Positions 13,215 through 26,561 are shown, numbered from the stretch's first letter. The stretch: 64,000 nucleotides of DNA from Ginglymostoma cirratum (GCA_024137785.1 JAHRHZ010000028.1:27631847-27695846), one strand, 5' to 3'. Notes: generated from the sequence alone by a model not told the origin. A program made the numbers and translations.

Positions 13215-13815
13215 CTGTGAAAGAAAACGGTCAAAAGCTCATATCTTCAAACAGAAGCTTATTTTTGTTTTCTTAGCAGTACCACAGCCTTCTTTTTTAA
13301 GACTCCCTTACGGTACAAGACTTCATAGCAGTTGAAGTATCGTTTGGACTTATGGAGTATAACTATGAAATTGACTGTTCGAAAACAGAGTTGAGAGATC
13401 TGGTGAGGAAAATGAACAGGCCACAGGACAAAAACCATGCTTTTGGTAAGGACATTTAAGAAGGCACATTTTCATGAATGAAGAAGGAGACAGACTCAGA
13501 CCAGTGAAGGAACAGGATCCTACCTAAGATCGTTTAAGAGAAAGAGAACATTCATCGCCCTTTATTGAAGAACTGAAACAGACATTTGCTGCAGCTGTAG
13601 CTCAATAGGAATGGAGCAAGAGAAAACAGCTACTGCAAGCAATATACCACAGTGAATTAATCCTCCTAAAACCTCTTGACTCCATTCTTCAACAGACCAG
13701 AAAGAAGCCATATACCTGCAATGTTTGAAGTCTTCATTTTGAGAAAAGCAAGTGTTACAGAGAACTCAGACTTTTAGGACTTAAGTGCATGATACCCTGC
13801 ATAGTCACAATCTCT

Positions 13816-15380
13816 TATAGAGTCATACAGCATGGAATTAGACCCTTCAGTCCAGCTCATCCACACCAACCGGACATTCCAATCTGATCTAGTCCCTTTT
13901 GCCAGCATTTGGTCCATATCCCTGTAAACCCTTCCTATTCATATACCCATCCAGATGCCTTTTAAATGTTGTAATTGTAGCCTCCTCCACCACTACTTCT
14001 GGCAGCTTGTTCCATACACACATCAACCTCTGTGTGAAAAAGTTACCCCTCAGGTCCTTTTCAAATCACTCCCCTCTCATCTTAAATCTATGCCCTCTAG
14101 TTTTGGACTCCCCCACCCAAGGAAAAAGACCTTGACTATCTACCCTATCCAGGCCCCACATGATTTTATAAACCTCTATAAGGTCATCCCTCAAGTCTCT
14201 GATGCTCTAGGGAAAAAAGCCTCAGCCTATACAGCCTCTCCCTATAACTCAAACCCTCCAGTCCTGGCAACACCCTTGTAAATCTTTTCTGCACCCTCTC
14301 AGGTTTAGTAGCATTCTTCCTATTGAAGGGTGACCAGAACTGTATTCCAGTATTCCAAAAGTAGCCTCACCAATGTCTGGTACAGTTGCAATATGATACC
14401 CGATCTCCTATACTCACTGTTCTGACCAGTGAAGGCAAGCATGCCAAACGCCTTCTTCACTGTCTAACTATGAATCCACTTTCAAGGAAATATGAACCTG
14501 CATCCCTAGGTCTCTTTGTTTGGCAACGCTCTCCAGGACCCTACCATTAACTGTATAAGTCCTGCCCTGATTTGCCTTACCAATGTACAAACACCTCACA
14601 TTTATCTAAATTAAACTCCATTTGCTACTCCTCGGCCTATTGGCCCATCTCATCAATATCTGGTTGTACTCTGAGATGATCTTCTTCACTGTCCACTGCA
14701 CCAACTATTTTGGTGTCATCTGCAAACTCATTAACTGTACCTCCTGTATTCACATCCAAATCGTTTATGTAAACGATGAAAATCAGTGGAGCCAGCACTG
14801 ATCCCTATGGCACACCTCTGGCCACAGGCCTCCAGTCCAAAAACCCTCTGTCACCAATTTCTGTCTCTTACCTTCAAGCCAAATTTGATCCAATTGGCTA
14901 GCTCCCTCTGTATCCCATGTGACCTAACCTTACTATCCAGTCTACCCTACAGAACCTTGTTGAATGGAACCTACATGCTGAAGTCCATGTAGACAATGTC
15001 TACTGCTCTGCCTTCGTCAATCTTCTTTGCTATCTCGTCAAAAAACTCAATCGAGTTAATGAGATATGATTTCCCATGCAACAATCCATGCTGACTATCC
15101 CTAATTGGCCCTTGCCTTTCCAAATGCATGTAAATTCTATCCTTCAGAAACTCTTTCAACAAATTACCCACCAATTACGTCAGGCTGTCAGGTCTACAGT
15201 TCTCCGACTTTTTCTTACTGTCTTTCTTAAATAATGGCACCACATTAGCCAACCTCCAGTCTTTTGGCACCTCACCTGTGGCTATCAATGACACAAATAT
15301 CTCAGCAAGAGGCCCAGCCATCTCTTCCCTAACTTCTCACAAATTTCTGGAGAACACCTGATCAAGTATGGAGGATTTTC
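13816..15380 (-). mobile_element. CR1-clade LINE, 5'-truncated (RT + 3' UTR)
   Basis: ORF 14971-15174 SQHGLLHGKSYLINSIEFFDE...VDIVYMDFS; FADDTK motif; typical 3' end. Confidence 0.9.
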
Positions 15381-15625
15381 TTGAATGAATGCCTATTTAT
15401 GTATGAGTGAGAGAATGGGTATTTTTGTAAATGTATTCAGGTGTTGAGTAATAAACATTTATCTTTTTCAAAGAAAACCCATCACAGTTTTTGATGGCTA
15501 CAGCACTCAGGGTAAAAAAGACATCGCATGTTGTGTTTTAAAATGCATCTGTCTTCTTCAGTTGAGGACTGGCAATGGGGAAATCAGTGCTATCATCTCC
15601 CCTGTTTGCAGCAAAGATTTTTATT

Positions 15626-16037
15626 CATAGAATTCCTACAGTATGGAAACAGGCCATTTGGCCTAACAAGTCCACATCAACTCTCTGAAGAGCCTTTCCA
15701 ACAATTGGCAATGGATTCGTTAGACTCTTAATTCCAGATTTATTTTTAAATTGAATTCAAATTCTACCATCTGCTGTGTCAGAATTCAAACCTGGATCCC
15801 CAGAACATTAGTTAGGGTTCTGGATTAACAATCCAGCAATAATTCGAACAGGCCATTGCTTCCCAGTGCATGGCTAATCGACCAAGCCTGTACCTCTTTG
15901 GACTGTGGGAGGAAAACCACGTAGCCACGGGGAGAATGTGCAAACTCCACACAGACAGTTGCCTGAGGCTGGAATTGAATTCGAGTCCCTGGTGCTGTGA
16001 AGCAGCAGTGCTAACTACTGAGCCACCAAACTGTCCC
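15626..16037 (-). mobile_element. HE1-like tRNA-derived SINE with a nested fragment of a second SINE family
   Basis: Minus-strand head GGTGGCTCAGTAGTTAGCACTGCTGCTTCACAGC; 15715-15860 matches the 18430 family. Confidence 0.75.
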
Positions 16038-16734
16038 TTGAGCTATTTATATTTGTTCAATAAGATTATCTTCCATTGAGTTTGTTAAAAAGGGAGCCAA
16101 TTTCCCTCTGGTTGAAACATAACCAACAGCTAAATTTTTAATGTATTCTTTAGCTCTGATTAATAAAAAAAATTGAAGTCCATCACTCAGAGTTGAAGAT
16201 CAAATATCTGGACTCCACCTTTATGAAATTCCATTTGTTAAGTGCCTGGACAATCAGAGAAATATTTAAAAAGCTGATCTCATTACTGTGGTGGATAATA
16301 AAACTGACACAGACTTAAAATCCCAAAAGCTTATTCATCAGTTATGCCAAACATTTGAAAATTTTAGCCACTTTGAAAAGGAAGATAAGGGACAGATTTA
16401 CTCTGAGATGCAATTATCTCACTTCTTATCTGTTTCAGGCATTAACCACATTGCGGCAGGGCTAAGCTTTTTTGTCTTAAGTTACTGCAATGTAAAGTTC
16501 AGTTCTATACTTTCAGAACACGTTGACACCAGGGTGCAAAGGAAAATCTGTGGTTACAAAGCTGTCTCTTTTATGTAATGATCTGAAAATGACATCAATG
16601 TTTCAGTTTCAACCTTGACCTAACGGAAACCACAGAGCATTAAATCATCAAAAGGAAATTGATATTGGGGAAACCACTGCAATAATTGAGTATGTTAGAT
16701 TTGATGCAATACCTGTTACTTACTTACAAAGTTC

Positions 16735-17070
16735 TTCCATGACAGACAGGATGGATGTAGATAAGATTTTTCTCTGGTTGGTGGGTCTAAAACTAGGGGA
16801 CATAATCTCAGGACAACAGACAGGCCATTTAAGACTGAGATGAGGAAGAATGTCTTCACTTTGGGGACATTGAATCGTTGGAATTCTCAACCTTGAAGTG
16901 CTCAATCATTGAGAATGTTCAAGATAAAAAGCATTAACATGCTGGAAACTAAGATATGAATGGAAAAGGAGATAATGCATGAAGGGGTCATTGGTATAGA
17001 TGATCAGCCATGATCTAATTGAAAGGTGGAGCAGGGTCGGCAGATTGAATAACTACTCCTGTCATTGTGT
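16735..17070 (+). mobile_element. CR1 LINE 3' fragment
   Basis: RGHNLR...FKTEMRKNVF remnant plus 3' UTR. Confidence 0.75.
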
Positions 17071-17410
17071 TAGCAACTTAGATTGTGCAGTGTAAGACAG
17101 CAGGATACTGAGCAAGCTCAGTGTATTTTAATTGCAAATCCCAGGCAATTTCTGTTTTTGTTTCTACCAGTTTTGCGATGCTTATTGCCTGCTTCCCCTG
17201 CCAATTCTGGCATTCCTCAATCACATTTCGGCTCTGTTTTGAGGGTGCCAGGAAATCAATGCAGACCCAGCTAGTGTGAAAACGGAATAGCCAATTGTTG
17301 CATTTATATCAGAACTGGCAACCTTTCATCAGTGTAGAGTGTCGAGGGTCCTCTGTAAATCTTGAAACAATATGAATTTAATTTGTTTATTTATTGATTA
17401 ATAAATATAC

Positions 17411-17471
17411 CTTTCATTTTTGAAGCTGATTGCTCTCTGAGATTCAGCAGGCGGTACTGTTATTGTAGGAG
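17411..17471 (-). CDS. Gene A exon 4: stalk PPTITVPPAESQRAISFKNE(S)
   Basis: 61-nt phase 1-2 exon; acceptor TATTTTTACAG, donor AG|GTATAT; Pro/Thr-rich; bridges D2 to the phase-2 TM exon in frame. Confidence 0.8.
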
Positions 17472-18429
17472 CTGTAAAAATAGCGGCAACAAATATTAAC
17501 ATTGGAATATCAGGTCTTCAGCTACATATTTCCCATACACAACATTTAGCCCAACCCGTGTGTCTCTGAGCTTTGCATTTCAAAGAAGCTTGATCCCCAT
17601 TACCCATTACAGGTTTTTTTAACCTAACAACAAGTCACAGACAGAAGAGAATTAGCTTGTTGGATTGTTTTTTCATAGGTGATAAAGCTGACCTCATTAT
17701 TGTGGTGTATAATAAAACTGACACAGACTTAAAATCCCAGAGGCTTCTTCATCAGTTACAAGCTTCTGTGAATTCTAGCACCTACATTTGTTCCCCCCAG
17801 TACTGTTCTCCCTCCAAACCAAGGCATATCAATGCCCTGTTAGTTGACATCCTGTGGGGCGCACATGTTTGGTATCAAGTCAAGTCACCATATTCTTACC
17901 TGACTGTAGGGCTGCCCTTCCATTGGAGCAACAACTAGTGGTGATTTAACCTGAGGACCTGAGGCAGGGGGAGAGGTTCAGAAGGAGAGTTGTTCATGGT
18001 AATCTCAGCTAGTGTGGGGATTGACCCCACACTGTGGGCATCACACTGCTTTGCAAACCAACCATCCGGCCAACTGAGCTAAATCGACCTCCTCATATGT
18101 GGTATGTGGTGGTTGTGGTTTCCATTCATTTTCTGATCCGAGTGTGAGTACCATCTAAACTGTTTATATGACCAAGTGGATTGATTGAAATTAGGTCAGT
18201 TATCATTCTAAGTGCTTATTGTATTCCATTGCTTTTATACTTTGATAAGATCAAATTAGATTGCCTTTTTAAGTGCTTTTACAGCCCTGGTTTAAAAGGT
18301 TTTATATAACAGTTATTACTGGTTATATGTCTGTTTCTACTTCCTGTCACATAGCAAATCACTAAAACCAGTTTTTTGTCTCCTTTGGTATATCAACCAC
18401 AACAGCCAGAATGTCAATGTACTAGCACT

Positions 18430-18775
18430 GGGGGAGGCGATGGCCTTGTGAAATTATCACTGGACTGTTAATCCAGAGACCCAGATAGTATTCTGGGGAC
18501 TGGGTTCAAATCACACCACAACAGATGGTGGAATTTGAATTCAAAAAATATCTGGAATTAAGAATCTAATGATGACTGTGAACCAATTGTTGGGGGGCAG
18601 GTGGGGGGAAGCACAACTGGTTCACTAATGTCCATTAGTGAAGGAAACAATCATCCTCACCTGGCCTGGCCTACATGTGACTCCAGACCCACAGCAATGT
18701 GGTTGACTCTTAACTGCCCGATGGGCAAAAAATGCTGATCTAGCCAGCAACACCCATGTCCTGTGAATGAACAAA
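18430..18775 (+). mobile_element. tRNA-headed SINE family (copies also at ~20495-20935, 26715-27060, 58605-58960)
   Basis: Shared GGAGGCGATGGCCTTGTG...GGTTCAAATC...CTACATGTGACTCCAGACCCACAG...TTAACTGCCC. Confidence 0.8.
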
Positions 18776-21611
18776 GAGAGGAAAAAACAGCCCACTGACA
18801 TAATGATTCACAGTGACACTCCTCAGACTAAACCCTTCCATGTTTGCCTTCTCTAGTTGTTATCTCTCCCATAGTTTGTACATGTCTTTTTTTTAACTAA
18901 AAGCAAAAAAGTTTGGGTAGAGCGACTATTCATTTTTATTTATTCTTTGTTGGGCTTTGCTGTTGCCCATCCTTAATTATTCTTGAGAAGGTGGTGGTTA
19001 AGTCCATATATATTACATAGGAGAAAGTAGCTTCTGAAAACCATTTTTGCATTGATGGTGGTGCTCACCAGCAAGAAGCTAGAGAAAAAGTCGATCTTAC
19101 TTGATCTTACTTGATCTAGCTTGCAGCAATGTTGGGCCTGAATTTCAATTTAAATTGAATTTTACTTTATCATGTTGTCTTCAGGAAAACTGAAGAAACC
19201 ATGTACCATGTACACTTTATTGGATTGCTCAAATAACAACTCGTTGAAGAGTGACAGTGACAAAAATGTCAATGGGGCCAAATTAATTAACAATTTAGCT
19301 GTAAATCATTACAGATTTGATTGTGATGACTGTCTGTGCAGAATTCATACTGAAATGATATGGATCCCATGAGGATCTGACAATGTCTACATCCTCATGT
19401 AAGTTGTACATTATCATACACCTGATTGTAATAACAGAATAGGTAAGACTGTTTGTTTGAACTTTAAATTAATGAAATGAATGAATTCAATTTAAGTATT
19501 AACTTTACAATATCAAAAAAATCCCCAGACTATTCTATATTCCATATAAGTATTTGCTCAATTCAAACTTTTCTTTCAAACTGCAAAAGTGTTTTATCAG
19601 AGAGATGAGGAGAAAATGTTTCCATTTGTGGGAAAGTCCAAAAATAAGGGCCATTAACCTAAGGGTGTCAGAAAATAAAACACAATAAAGTATTTAGGAG
19701 AAACATCATTATCCAGATATTGTCACCCTGCGCCCACTCTGCTGCATTCTGGCACAGGGGTAAGAACCCAATGATGATAGATACTAAATATGACCCATGT
19801 ATGTTAGCAAAATTCACACTAAATGAATTTATTATGAACTAACCAGAGTAGTGACCATTGTGCCATTTCAATATAATTTTGAGGAGGAAAAATTGAGGAA
19901 ATAAGACTGTCTGAAATTGCAATTAAGCCAATCTGAGAAATAAAGTCATCTGCCAGTTTGTTTACATCAGCAGAGACACTTCTAACTATAGCGAACCATT
20001 GTAGAAATTGTGCCTTTCTCCCTCTTGTCAAATATCTTGGTTTCAAGCATTTCCAAATCAACATAAGAAACAGGGTAAGCCTAGTTTACGTCTGTCCTAA
20101 CAAGCTATCTGAATAGTGGCCTTAAAAGAACATCTGTAGGATAATTATGCCTCAATCTTTCCTAAAATCTCTGAGAGCTATTCCCACTCCACCTTTGGTG
20201 CTGGTGTCCTCAACTGTCAAGAGCCTATGCTCTTAAAATCCCACCCATAAACACCTCCACTTCTCCACTTATCTCTCTTCCTTTAAGATGCTCCTTCAAA
20301 TCTGCTTCTTTGACCAAACCTGTGGCCACTTACTCTGATAGAACAATATATACGGCTTTATATCAAAGTCTGCTTCTGCTTTAGTTGTGTCAACATTACA
20401 GACTACCGCCTGTACTCTACCCACATTTCTATGTTTATGCTCCTCTGTACAGCTTTGGGGCATTTTTTCTATCTTTAAGATAATCAATTATTGTGGTACT
20501 GGAGAGGTGCTAATATTGCTGTATTAATAATCCAGAGACCAAATCTAATGTTCTGGAGATATGAGTTTATAATCCCATAATGGCAGGTGTTGTTATCTGA
20601 ATTTTTTAAAGTCATTTTTTCACTTGTGGGATTTGGGTGCCACTGGCTGGCCAGCACTTATTGTCCCATCCCTTTTGCTCTTGAGAAGGTGAGCTGCTTC
20701 CTTGAATTGCTACAGTCCATATGCTGTAGGTTGACCCACAATGCCATTAGGAAAGGAATTCCAGAATTTGACCTAGTGATGGTGAAGGAATGATGATATA
20801 TTTCCAAGTCGGCATGGTAGTATAATGGCAGCCCTGTTGGGTTCGCTAATCTCCTTCAGGGAAGGAAATCTGCTGTCTGTATTTGGCCTACATATGAGTC
20901 CAGACCTGCAACATAGTGGTTGACTCTTAACTGCTGGCACGCATCATCCTGACTTGAAAGTATGTCACAATTCCTTGACTGTGACTGGATCAAACCTTTG
21001 GAATTCCCTCCCTAATGACACTGTGTGTGCACCTACACCACTTGGATTGTCACAGTGCAGGGAGGTTGATCACTAGCAGCTTCACAAGGGCAATTTTAGA
21101 TGCTGACCTTGCCAATGATGCTCACAAACCATGCTTAAATAAATAAATATGTTTGGCCTACTGTTCTCCTTTTGATTTTTGGTACCACTGGGGCACTTTA
21201 CCCATCGGTCACTGCATTATAGGACTCAAATTGTACCAACATCTGGCCTCTGTGGAGAATTTTTGGAGAAGCTTTTTTATGCATTCCAGAAATCTGCCGA
21301 GCTTTTGCTGACATGTAAAGCATTGGAGGGTAGAAAGGTTGGAGTGGGGAGAAGAACATTGGCCTCTTCCTATGCCATAAATCTTTCTCTGCTTCTATGT
21401 AGTGCCTGACTCACGAGACAGAATGTAGCGTTTCCTAGTGATTGAGATGGGCCTCAGTAGATTCAGTTTCTAGCCTCAAAATCCCAACAGATCAGATGAA
21501 TTGCAAACAAATAATATCTGTCCCAACAGTTCTTCTTAACAGAACATTTAGCATTTTATTTAAATATGTAGAAGCTTCTTAAGAAGAAGAAGAAATTAAC
21601 ATCTGTCTTAC

Positions 21612-21935
21612 GTTCAAAAATGATCAGTTGTAAAGGGTCCATTCTGTCATATCCAAAGATTGTTATTCCACACCAGTAAATTCCCTTATCCTCCATAGAT
21701 AGTTGGGTGATGGTCACTGTAAACACCCCAATGGTTTGGTTATCCATAGCCATTATCCTTCCACCGCTGTTTGGACTCTGTTTTTGCGTTCCAACTATCA
21801 CAATACACGATTTCCTGTCTGATCCCCTACACAGGTATTTTTCATGGTTCTTGTAATATGACACTTGATACTGACATTGTATGGTGACAGCGTCTCCTAA
21901 GGTCCCATGCACTTGCCTTAGCCCAGTTAATCCAG
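21612..21935 (-). CDS. Gene A exon 3: Ig-V domain D2 (CD300/pIgR type)
   Basis: 324-nt phase 1-1 exon; acceptor TTTCTTCTTGAAG, donor GTAAGA; GDAVTIQC...KYLCRGSDRKSC...EDKGIYWCG. Confidence 0.93.
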
Positions 21936-22461
21936 CTTCAAGAAGAAAGAACAACATATAACTGTTTAACGTCAAGCAGAATACATGCTAGTAAAACAGT
22001 GACAAGTATTGCAGAATCTAGGAATTTTATAGCACAGAAATGGTTTAATTTGGCCCGTCATTTCCATTCTGGTTATCCGAAAGCAAATTGTCCGCTTAAT
22101 TCATTCCTTTTTTCCAAGTATGTTCAGGTTCTTACTGCTTTACCAGTTAAACAAAGATCTTATACACTGACAGTATTAGATAACTTATTTCGCTTCTGGT
22201 CAAAACAGTTCACTCCTTTCCTGAAATCAGAAAATCCTGGAAATGCTCAGCAGGCAACAGCATATGCAAGTCAAGTGAATAATGTTTCAGATTAATGACC
22301 ATCAGAATTCTGAAAGGCTGCAGATCTGAAACATTAACTCTATTTCACCTTCTGCAGATGTTGTCAGAGCTGTGAATATTTTCAGCTTTTTCAGTTTTTA
22401 TTCCACATTTCTAGAATCGTCAGTATTCCCCTTTTTAATTCGCCTCAGCAGAAAGAATATA

Positions 22462-23070
22462 TGTGGAGTATAAGAGTAATGAAGTCTTACTGCAATCGTA
22501 CAAGGTGCTGGTGAGACCACTTGTGGAGCATTCTGAGCATTTTTGGTCTCCTGATTTAAGGAAAGATATTATTTCATTGGATGGAATTCAGAGAAGATTC
22601 ACTGGGATGATCCCTGGTATGGAGGGATGATCTTATGAGCAGAGGCTAAACAGGTTAGGATTCTACTCATTGGAATTTAGAAGAATGAGATGTGATCTCC
22701 TGAAACATATAGAATTCTTAAGGGACTTGATAGGGTAAATGCTGAGAAGATGCTTCCCCTCATGGGAGAGTCTAGGACCAGACGGAATTGTCTCAGCATA
22801 AGTGGGCACCAATTTAAGACTGAGATGAGGAGTATTCGTTCTCTCAAAGGGTTGTGAGTCTTTGAAATTCCTTGGCACAGAGAGCTGTGGGAGCAGAGTA
22901 CTTGTGCACATTTAAAGTTGAGGTAAATGGTTTCTTGGTTCGTAAGGGAATCAAGGGTTGTAGGGAAAAGGTAGGAAAGTGAATGTGACGAATATCAGAT
23001 CAGCCATGATCCTATTCAATGACAGAACAGACTCGAGGGTTCAAGTGGCCAACTCCTGTTCCCATTTCTG
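22462..23070 (+). mobile_element. CR1 LINE 3' fragment
   Basis: LLQSYKVLVRP...QRRFTGMIPGMEG..YEQRL...EFRRMR. Confidence 0.85.
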
Positions 23071-23680
23071 GATAGTTAGAGAACCAATTCCATGTTCCAC
23101 TTCAGCTTTGAACACTAAAACATCTTGGCCATCTCTTGCTTCATTTATAACCAAACGAAACGTCACAAAAATCTGCAGCGGGTAAATCAGTGTGAGAGGA
23201 AAGAAGAATCATGATAAAGTCAAAATCACAAAATGTCAGGTCTAAGCTAAATCAGACATACACACACATCTTGTAGCTTCTCGAACAGTGAAACTTAGAT
23301 TATTTGTGTATTATTTCTATTTTAGTTTGTTTTTTAATCATGCTATCTATTTACATTTTGTGCTTTAAAAACTTTGCAACACAACAACTGCCAGCTCATT
23401 GAACCTGTATCAGCTGATCAGTCCTTCACAAGAAATATCAGCTTCCCCATGGGGTCTGAAGGTTGTCAACATAAACCTGTCCACACAGAGAGCAGCTACG
23501 GACAGAGTTGAAGAGTGGATCAATATTTGAAAGTCTTTTTGTTTGTGTAAGCATTTTCCAACAGAAATTCCCCACTGAACACTACTTTAAAACTAAATCA
23601 CCAAGTTTATGCTGAAAATTTGAAATAAAAACAGAAAAATGGCAACGAAAATCAGCAGGCCTGGCACCTGTGGAGAAAGA

Positions 23681-24391
23681 CTAAAGAACTGATCGTCGAC
23701 TTCAGAAAGAAAGGAGGTGAACACGTCCCCATCTACATCAATGGAACTGAGGTTGAGAGGGTGAAGAGCATCAAGTTCCTCAGCGTGACGATAACTGATG
23801 ACCTGTCCTGGACTTCCCACGTAAATGTGACAGTTAAGAAGGCACAACAATGCCTCTTCTTCCTTAGGCAGCTCAGGAAATTTGGCATGTCCCTAAAGTC
23901 CCTCACCAACCTCTACTGACACACAAATGAATGCATACTGTCTGGGTGCATAATGGCCTGGTATGGCAATTTCTCTGCCCAGGACCGTAAGAAACTGCAG
24001 AAGGTAGTGTGCACAGCCCAGACCATCGCGGAAGCCAACCTTCCATCCATGGACTATTTATACACTCGCTGCTGTGGGAAGACATTTAAAATTGTCAAAG
24101 ATCCATCGCACCCTGGTAATGCTCTCCTACAACATCTTCCGACAGGCAGAAGATACAGAAGCCTGAACACATGCACAAGCAGGTTCAGGAACAGCGTATT
24201 TCCGGCCATTATCAAACTGTTGAATGGACTCTAGCCTCAAATAATGTAACCTGCAATGTAAGCTGTATGCCTCAAAGTTTTTTTGATCTAGACATCCTTT
24301 GCTTGCTGTGATCTGTCTGTACCACTCGTAAACAAAGCTTTTCACTGTATTTTGGTCCATGCGACAATAAGTCAATCAAATCAAATCAATC
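23681..24391 (+). mobile_element. Rex1/Babar-clade LINE 3' part with (CAAAT)n tail, inserted into a fold-back element
   Basis: TKELIVDFRK...INGTEVERVKSIKFL...LSWTSH...KKAQQCLFFLRQLRKFG; ORF 23953-24234 AWYGN..AQDRKKLQKVV..DPSHPG..LPTGRRYRS. Confidence 0.88.
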
Positions 24392-25309
24392 AAAGAAACA
24401 GAATTAACCTTTCGAGTCTGAGATCACTCTTCTTCAGACATGCCAGCTCACTTCTGAAGAAAAGTCTTATCAGACTTGCAATGCTAATTCTGTTTCTGTC
24501 TCCTCAGGTGAAGCCAGACCTGCTGAGTTTCTCCAGCACATTCTGTTTTGCTTCATCAGTTTTAATTCCTTCAGTATTTTGACTTCCCCTTCAGCGTTTG
24601 ATGTTTTTATTATCTTTTTACACTAATTTATCACCCGATACAGCCTTAAAATTACAGAGTAGATTTAAATCTTCGCGACCGAGGGCAGATAAATGACCCA
24701 CCCCTTGTGGTAGAATGGAAGTTTGCCTGAAATAGTTCTCCTCTTTCAACTTCACTTTGAAATCCATTCTCTTCTTTGGGACATGCATGACTATCAGGTT
24801 TGCCTGGCCATTTGAATGATCTGGTTTTCTTCTACTTTGATCTTCCTTCTCCAGATTTATTCTACCTCAACACTATTGCTGTATTCTCCCAGAGGGAAAC
24901 AAGAGTAAATACTTGGAAATGAATGTACTGGATATACTGGGACTCTATTTTGAGGTCTACAATACAGGTCAGACCAATATATATTATTTTCAAGTTTTAC
25001 TTTTTTTTTCTGTTCTTCCTCTGGCTGAATTTGAGAATTTGACCATGATTCCAATTTCTCCCACCTTCAATTTCGTGATTCTTTCCTGATCGTGTTCTTC
25101 CCTCTATTTCTATCTCTCTCTAATGGACTCTTTGCAGATGCCAGCAACTGTCTAAAGTATGTTACTTCCCATCTCATTTTCTGAAGGAGCTTCAACCCTT
25201 TTTTCCAGCTTTCATCATTTCCATTACATTTGCTTGATTGACGCCACCTCCCACATCAAACCATAAATATCCTTCTTCCACAGTTATGTGAATGCATTGT
25301 ACACCGTGC

Positions 25310-25770
25310 AGAAAAGATTCATGAAATGGACTTCAGGAATGAACATTTTAGCATGGAGATAAAGTTGAGAAATTGGCACTGTCATTCTTGGAGAATATAA
25401 AGTGAGAGGAGATTTGAGAGAATTGTTCAAAATTACGAGGGCTCTGGACAGAGTAGATAAAGAAAAATGGTTCCCATTCATGGCAGGATTGAGAATGAGG
25501 GGGCACATATTTAAGGTAATTGGGAAAAGATGCAATGGGGGACATGGGCAGGAATCTTTACACACAATGAGTATGAAAGAACAGGAGTGCAATGCCTGAA
25601 AGTGTGTTGGATCCAGGTTCAATTGAGGCTTTTAGGAGGGAATTGGATTATTATCTGAAAAGATAGAATGTGCAGGATTACAGGAAAGGTACTACATGAA
25701 TTGCTCATTCAGAGATCCAGTGTATTTATGGTGGGCTGAATAGCCTCTTTCTACTGTAACTACCCTGTAA
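25310..25770 (+). mobile_element. CR1 LINE 3' fragment
   Basis: ORF 25402-25599 RGDLRELFKI..LDRVDKEKWFP..RGHIFK. Confidence 0.8.
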
Positions 25771-26231
25771 ATCTTTATGTACATTGCTATTCTTGTGTTC
25801 TTTTCTCACCCTGTCCTTTCTTCATGCAACAGTAACACTGTACCCTGTTTACCTTTCAAAGTTCAATTCTCTGGAAGGTTCTACACAAAACAGTATCTGT
25901 TTTCTCTGCATAGACTCTGACTATATATCCGCTTTCTAATCATGTAGCACCACCAGTCAAATGTGTGGGGTGTTGATTTATCTTCCATACACAGTTTAGG
26001 TCCAAGAAATCTTTATCTTCTGAAGAAGTATCTGTTTCTCTCGCCACAGATGCTGCCAGGCCTGCTGAGTTTCTCCAGCATTCACCATGTTTGTTTTAAA
26101 CCTTTTATTAATTGAACAAATCTAAGAACTTTTTCTGTTTAAACAGGTTACAACAACAGTAAATTGTTCATTTATTGGAATTATTACACTGTGCTTGAAG
26201 TCAATAAATGGTGATTAATAACTCAGCTTAC

Positions 26232-26561
26232 CTGTGAGAACATTCAATTTTACACAAGCCATTTCATCTTTGCCCAGCCTTGTTATCCCACACCAATACC
26301 ATCCTGCGTCTTCCAGTGATAATTGCTGCATTTTTACTGAAAATATTCCAATGGTTTGATTGTCCATAATGAACAGTCTACTGGATCTTTCCTGCTGTAC
26401 TTCTGTAGTGGATGCCAACACGATGCATGAATAACTCATTTTTCCTTTACACCAATACTTCTCAGAATCTCGGCTACTTGCTATGTTGTACTGGCAGTTC
26501 ACAGTGATGGACTCTCCCAACCTTCCGTTCACCTCGCTGGGTGCCGTGAGTCCGTATGATC
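26232..26561 (-). CDS. Gene A exon 2: Ig-V domain D1 (CD300/pIgR type)
   Basis: 330-nt phase 1-1 exon; acceptor TTTCTGTCCTGACAG, donor GTAAGC; GESITVNC...KYWCKGKMSYSC...EDAGWYWCG with the family's extra C-C' cysteine pair. Confidence 0.95.
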
